In this document: one piece after another, positions 60,048-64,000 of the stretch
Numbering within the stretch: position 1 is the first letter of the stretch
How the letters are laid out: each line of letters begins with the position of its first letter
NCBI GenBank assembly: GCA_051749645.1
Contig: JBNJIT010000004.1
Coordinates: 89,158 to 153,157 of the forward strand
Reading direction: 5' to 3'
Length of the DNA: 64,000 nucleotides
Origin: Pseudomonadota bacterium
GTDB taxonomy: Bacteria; Pseudomonadota; Gammaproteobacteria; Pseudomonadales; Halomonadaceae
Made by a program: the position numbers and the translations under genes
Notes under the pieces: generated by a model
Told to the model about the DNA's origin: nothing
The model's database searches: none
What the model saw: only the letters and a program-made list of their open reading frames with translations

Positions 60048-61507
60048 CAGGCGTTCTCCTCGGCGAAGGCGGGACGGCGCAGGTGCCAGTCGGTGGCTTG
60101 CTGGAACTGATGGGCGACGTTGAGCAGCCGCTCCTCAGCGAAGTGGGTGCCCAGCACCTGGAGGCCGACGGGGCGGCCGTCGACGAACCCGGCCGGCACG
60201 CTGATGCCGGGAATGCCCGCCAGGTTGACGGCGATGGTGTAGATGTCCTGCAGGTACATGGAAACCGGGTCCGACTTGGCCCCCAGGTCGAAGGCCGGGG
60301 TGGGGGAGGCGGGCCCCATCAGCACGTCGACCTGTTCGAAAGCGTCGAGGAAATCCTGGCGAATCAGCCGCCGCACCTGCTGGGCCTTCTTGTAGTAGGC
60401 GTCGAAGAAGCCTTCGGAAAGCGTATGAGTGCCGATCAGGATGCGTCGTTTGACTTCCTCGCCGAACCCCTCGGCGCGGGTGCGCTCGTAGAGGTCGATG
60501 AGATCCTTGGGATCGTCGCAGCGGTGACCGAAGCGCACGCCGTCGAAGCGCGACAGGTTGGAGGAGGCTTCGGCCGGAGCGATGACGTAGTAGGCCGGAA
60601 TGGCATAGTGCGTATGCGGCAGGCTCACCTCGCGCACGCTGGCGCCCAGCGTCTCGAAAACCTCGATCGCCTCATGCACGGTGGATGCCACGGCCGGGTC
60701 GAGGCCCTCGCCGAAGTACTCCTTTGGCAGGCCTATCTTGAGGCCGGCCAGGGGCGCATCGAGTTCGGCGGTGTAATCCGGCACGCCCCGCGCTACGCTG
60801 GTCGAGTCGCGCAGGTCGTGTCCGGCAATGGCATTCAGCAACAGGGCGCAGTCCTCGGCCGTGCGTGCCAAGGGGCCGGCCTGGTCCAGGCTCGATGCAT
60901 AGGCGATCATGCCGTAGCGCGACACCCGCCCGTAGGTGGGCTTGAGACCCGTGATGCCGCAGAAGGCGGCGGGCTGGCGAATCGAGCCGCCGGTGTCCGT
61001 GCCCATGGCGGCGGGCACCAGTCCGGCGGCCACGGCGGCGGCGCTGCCCCCCGAGGAGCCGCCGGGCACGGCGGTGAGATCCCAGGGGTTCTTCACCGGG
61101 CCGTAATGGCTGTTCTCGTTGGAGGAGCCCATGGCGAACTCGTCCATGTTGGTCTTGCCCAGGCTCACGGTGCCGGCGTCGGCGAGCTTCTCGACCACGG
61201 TGGCGTCGTAGGGCGACACGAAGTCGTCGAGCATGCGCGACCCGGCGCTGGTCTTCACCCCCTGGGTGCAGAAGATGTCCTTGAGTGCCAGAGGAAGGCC
61301 GGTGAGCGCGCCGGCCTGGCCTGCGGCATGAGCGGCATCGGCTCGCTCGGCCGTTTTCAGGGCAGCGTCAGGCGTAACGGTGATAAAACTGTTGAGCTCG
61401 CCATCGAGGCGTTCGATGCGGCTCAGCAGATGCTGGGTAAGCTCATGGCTGGTGAACTCGCCGGAGGCGAGGCCGGCGGCGAGTTCGCTCAGTGTCTTGT
61501 CATGCAT
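60047..61507 (-). CDS. gatA: Asp/Glu-tRNA amidotransferase subunit A
   Basis: [22 protein letters not shown] and [10 protein letters not shown] amidase signature; start MHDKT. Confidence 0.98.
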
Positions 61508-61585
61508 GCGGCATGGCTCCATGAAGACGTGCCGGAAGGGTGGAATGGCGGACGAAGCGGCTCCGAAAATGGGCGCCGACGGCGA

Positions 61586-61873
61586 TCATTCGACGACCCG
61601 CGGCACCAGATAGAGGCCGTTCTCCACGGCCGGGGCGCAGCGCTGGAACTGGGTGCGCCGGTCGCTTTCGGTCACCTCGTCGGCACGCAGGCGCTGGGTA
61701 GCGTCGAGGGGGTGCGACAGGGGGGCGATGTCGTCGGTGTCCACCCGCTGAAGCTGGTCGACCATTGCCAGGATGCGGTTGAGGTCGTCGACATAGCGAG
61801 CGGCGTCGCCATCGTTCAAGCCGAGCCGGGCCAGGTGCGCTGCCCGCTGCACATCTGCTTGTTCAAGCGCCAT
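61586..61873 (-). CDS. gatC: Asp/Glu-tRNA amidotransferase subunit C
   Basis: AHLARL, LRADEV and YLVPRVVE motifs. Confidence 0.96.
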   Translation of the reverse strand: MALEQADVQRAAHLARLGLNDGDAARYVDDLNRILAMVDQLQRVDTDDIAPLSHPLDATQRLRADEVTESDRRTQFQRCAPAVENGLYLVPRVVE

Positions 61874-62040
61874 GGGCTGGATGTCCTCGCACGGGTTGAG
61901 AGTGGGAAACAGCCGCTGAATGTACCATATTCACTGCGTGACGGCAGCCGCGGGTCGGGTGCGCAGAGACGGCGTTGCTTGCTGCCAGGGGGCCGCGGTG
62001 ATACCGTTTGCCTCCGCACAGGGTTCCCGGTCCGCACTAG

Positions 62041-63090
<1,050 letters not shown>

Positions 63091-63119
63091 CGCAGTGAGG
63101 CATATCGGGGGAAACGTCT

Positions 63120-64000
63120 ATCAAGCCGTTGTTCTCGCACGGATCGGTGCCCGTCTATCGCATGCTGCTGTGTGCGTTGCTGGCTGCAGCGCTGATGTTC
63201 GCCGACCATCGCCTCACACGCATGGAGGCCGTGCGGGCCCAGCTCTCCACCGTGGTGGCGCCCATCCAGTGGCTGGTCAGCGTTCCCAGTGACGTCCTGA
63301 CCTGGGGGTCGCTGGCGCTTTCCGAACAGCGCGCACTGGTGGAGGAGAATCGCCGCCTGCGCGAGCAACTGCTGCACCTGTCCCATCGCGTCCAGCGCAT
63401 GTCGAGTCTCATGGCCGAAAACGTGCGTCTGCGCGAACTGCTCGATGCCGGCAGTCGGCATGACGTCCCCTACATTACCGCCGAGCTGCTCTCCCTGGAT
63501 GCCGATCCGTTCACGTTTCAGATGGTGGTGGACCGCGGTCGCCGGGATGGCGTCTACGTCGGACAGCCGGTAATGGATGCCTCGGGGCTGGTAGGGCAAG
63601 TCACGGCGGTTTCGGCCTTCTCCAGTCGCGTGCTGATGCTGGCCGATGCCAGCCATGCGTTGCCGGTTCAGGTCAATCGCAATGGCCAGCGTTTCATCGT
63701 CCAGGGCTCCGGTGAGTACGATAGCCTCGATGTGCTGCATGTGCCGGATACGGCCGACATCCGTGAGGGCGATCTGCTGGTCAGTTCGGGGCTGGCGGGA
63801 CGGTTTCCGCCGGGCTTTCCCGTCGCGCGGGTGAGCGAGGTCGTGCACGACCCGGGCCAACCCTTTGCCCAGGTGACCGCCGAGCCGGCCGCACGACTGC
63901 AGCGTTCGCGTCACTTCCTGCTGCTCTTTCCCCCGGAGCCTGCTCCTGAGGCACCGCAGAAATCGACGGGCGGACCGGGGGCTGCCAGCGAGTCGTCGGC
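63120..64000 (+). CDS. mreC: Rod shape-determining protein MreC, 3'-truncated; probable ATC start; absent from the ORF track
   Basis: Own translation IKPLFSHGSVPVYRMLLC...AENVRLRELL...DADPF...VDRGRRDGVYVGQPV...G(R)FPPGFPV. Confidence 0.92.
   Translation, partial: MKPLFSHGSVPVYRMLLCALLAAALMFADHRLTRMEAVRAQLSTVVAPIQWLVSVPSDVLTWGSLALSEQRALVEENRRLREQLLHLSHRVQRMSSLMAENVRLRELLDAGSRHDVPYITAELLSLDADPFTFQMVVDRGRRDGVYVGQPVMDASGLVGQVTAVSAFSSRVLMLADASHALPVQVNRNGQRFIVQGSGEYDSLDVLHVPDTADIREGDLLVSSGLAGRFPPGFPVARVSEVVHDPGQPFAQVTAEPAARLQRSRHFLLLFPPEPAPEAPQKSTGGPGAASESS

Overview
High-GC gammaproteobacterial chromosome segment, most likely Halomonadaceae (inferred from choX-betIBA order, acidic proteins and conserved core loci). 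Left to right: qor (partial); an RpiR-regulated crotonase / NDP-forming acyl-CoA ligase / crotonase operon; SLC13 permease; fadE; betIBA with divergent choX; tRNA-Met and 3x tRNA-Asn; a 6-PAS diguanylate cyclase; prc; M18 aminopeptidase; a second identical inverted tRNA-Met; the core block ychF-pth-rplY-prs-tRNA-Gln-ispE-lolB-TPR-hemA-prfA-prmC; lrp-moeB; a large polyamine gamma-glutamylation cluster (2x puuB-like, potABCD, 2x puuA-like, spuC, puuC, puuR); an MCP; gatCAB; mreB-mreC (partial). The best candidate for an undescribed system is a 7.1-kb tetrahydrofolate-linked demethylation module (44105-51201) inside the polyamine cluster. It contains fhs, a GlxA/GbdR-type AraC regulator, a dimethylglycine-oxidase-like flavoprotein and a DmdA-like methyltransferase. 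All three catabolic promoters share one operator architecture: tandem TGTCGC-like half-sites 21 bp apart, with a -10-like hexamer 36-37 nt from the start of the proximal half-site. Other signals are a dispersed family of intergenic 7-bp N4-AGC repeats, a small MITE/REP-like element beside betA, a probable AUC start for mreC and a 58-aa ORF missing from the ORF track. No CRISPR array, integrase, transposase or prophage was seen. Family assignments come from motif recognition by eye, not from database searches.
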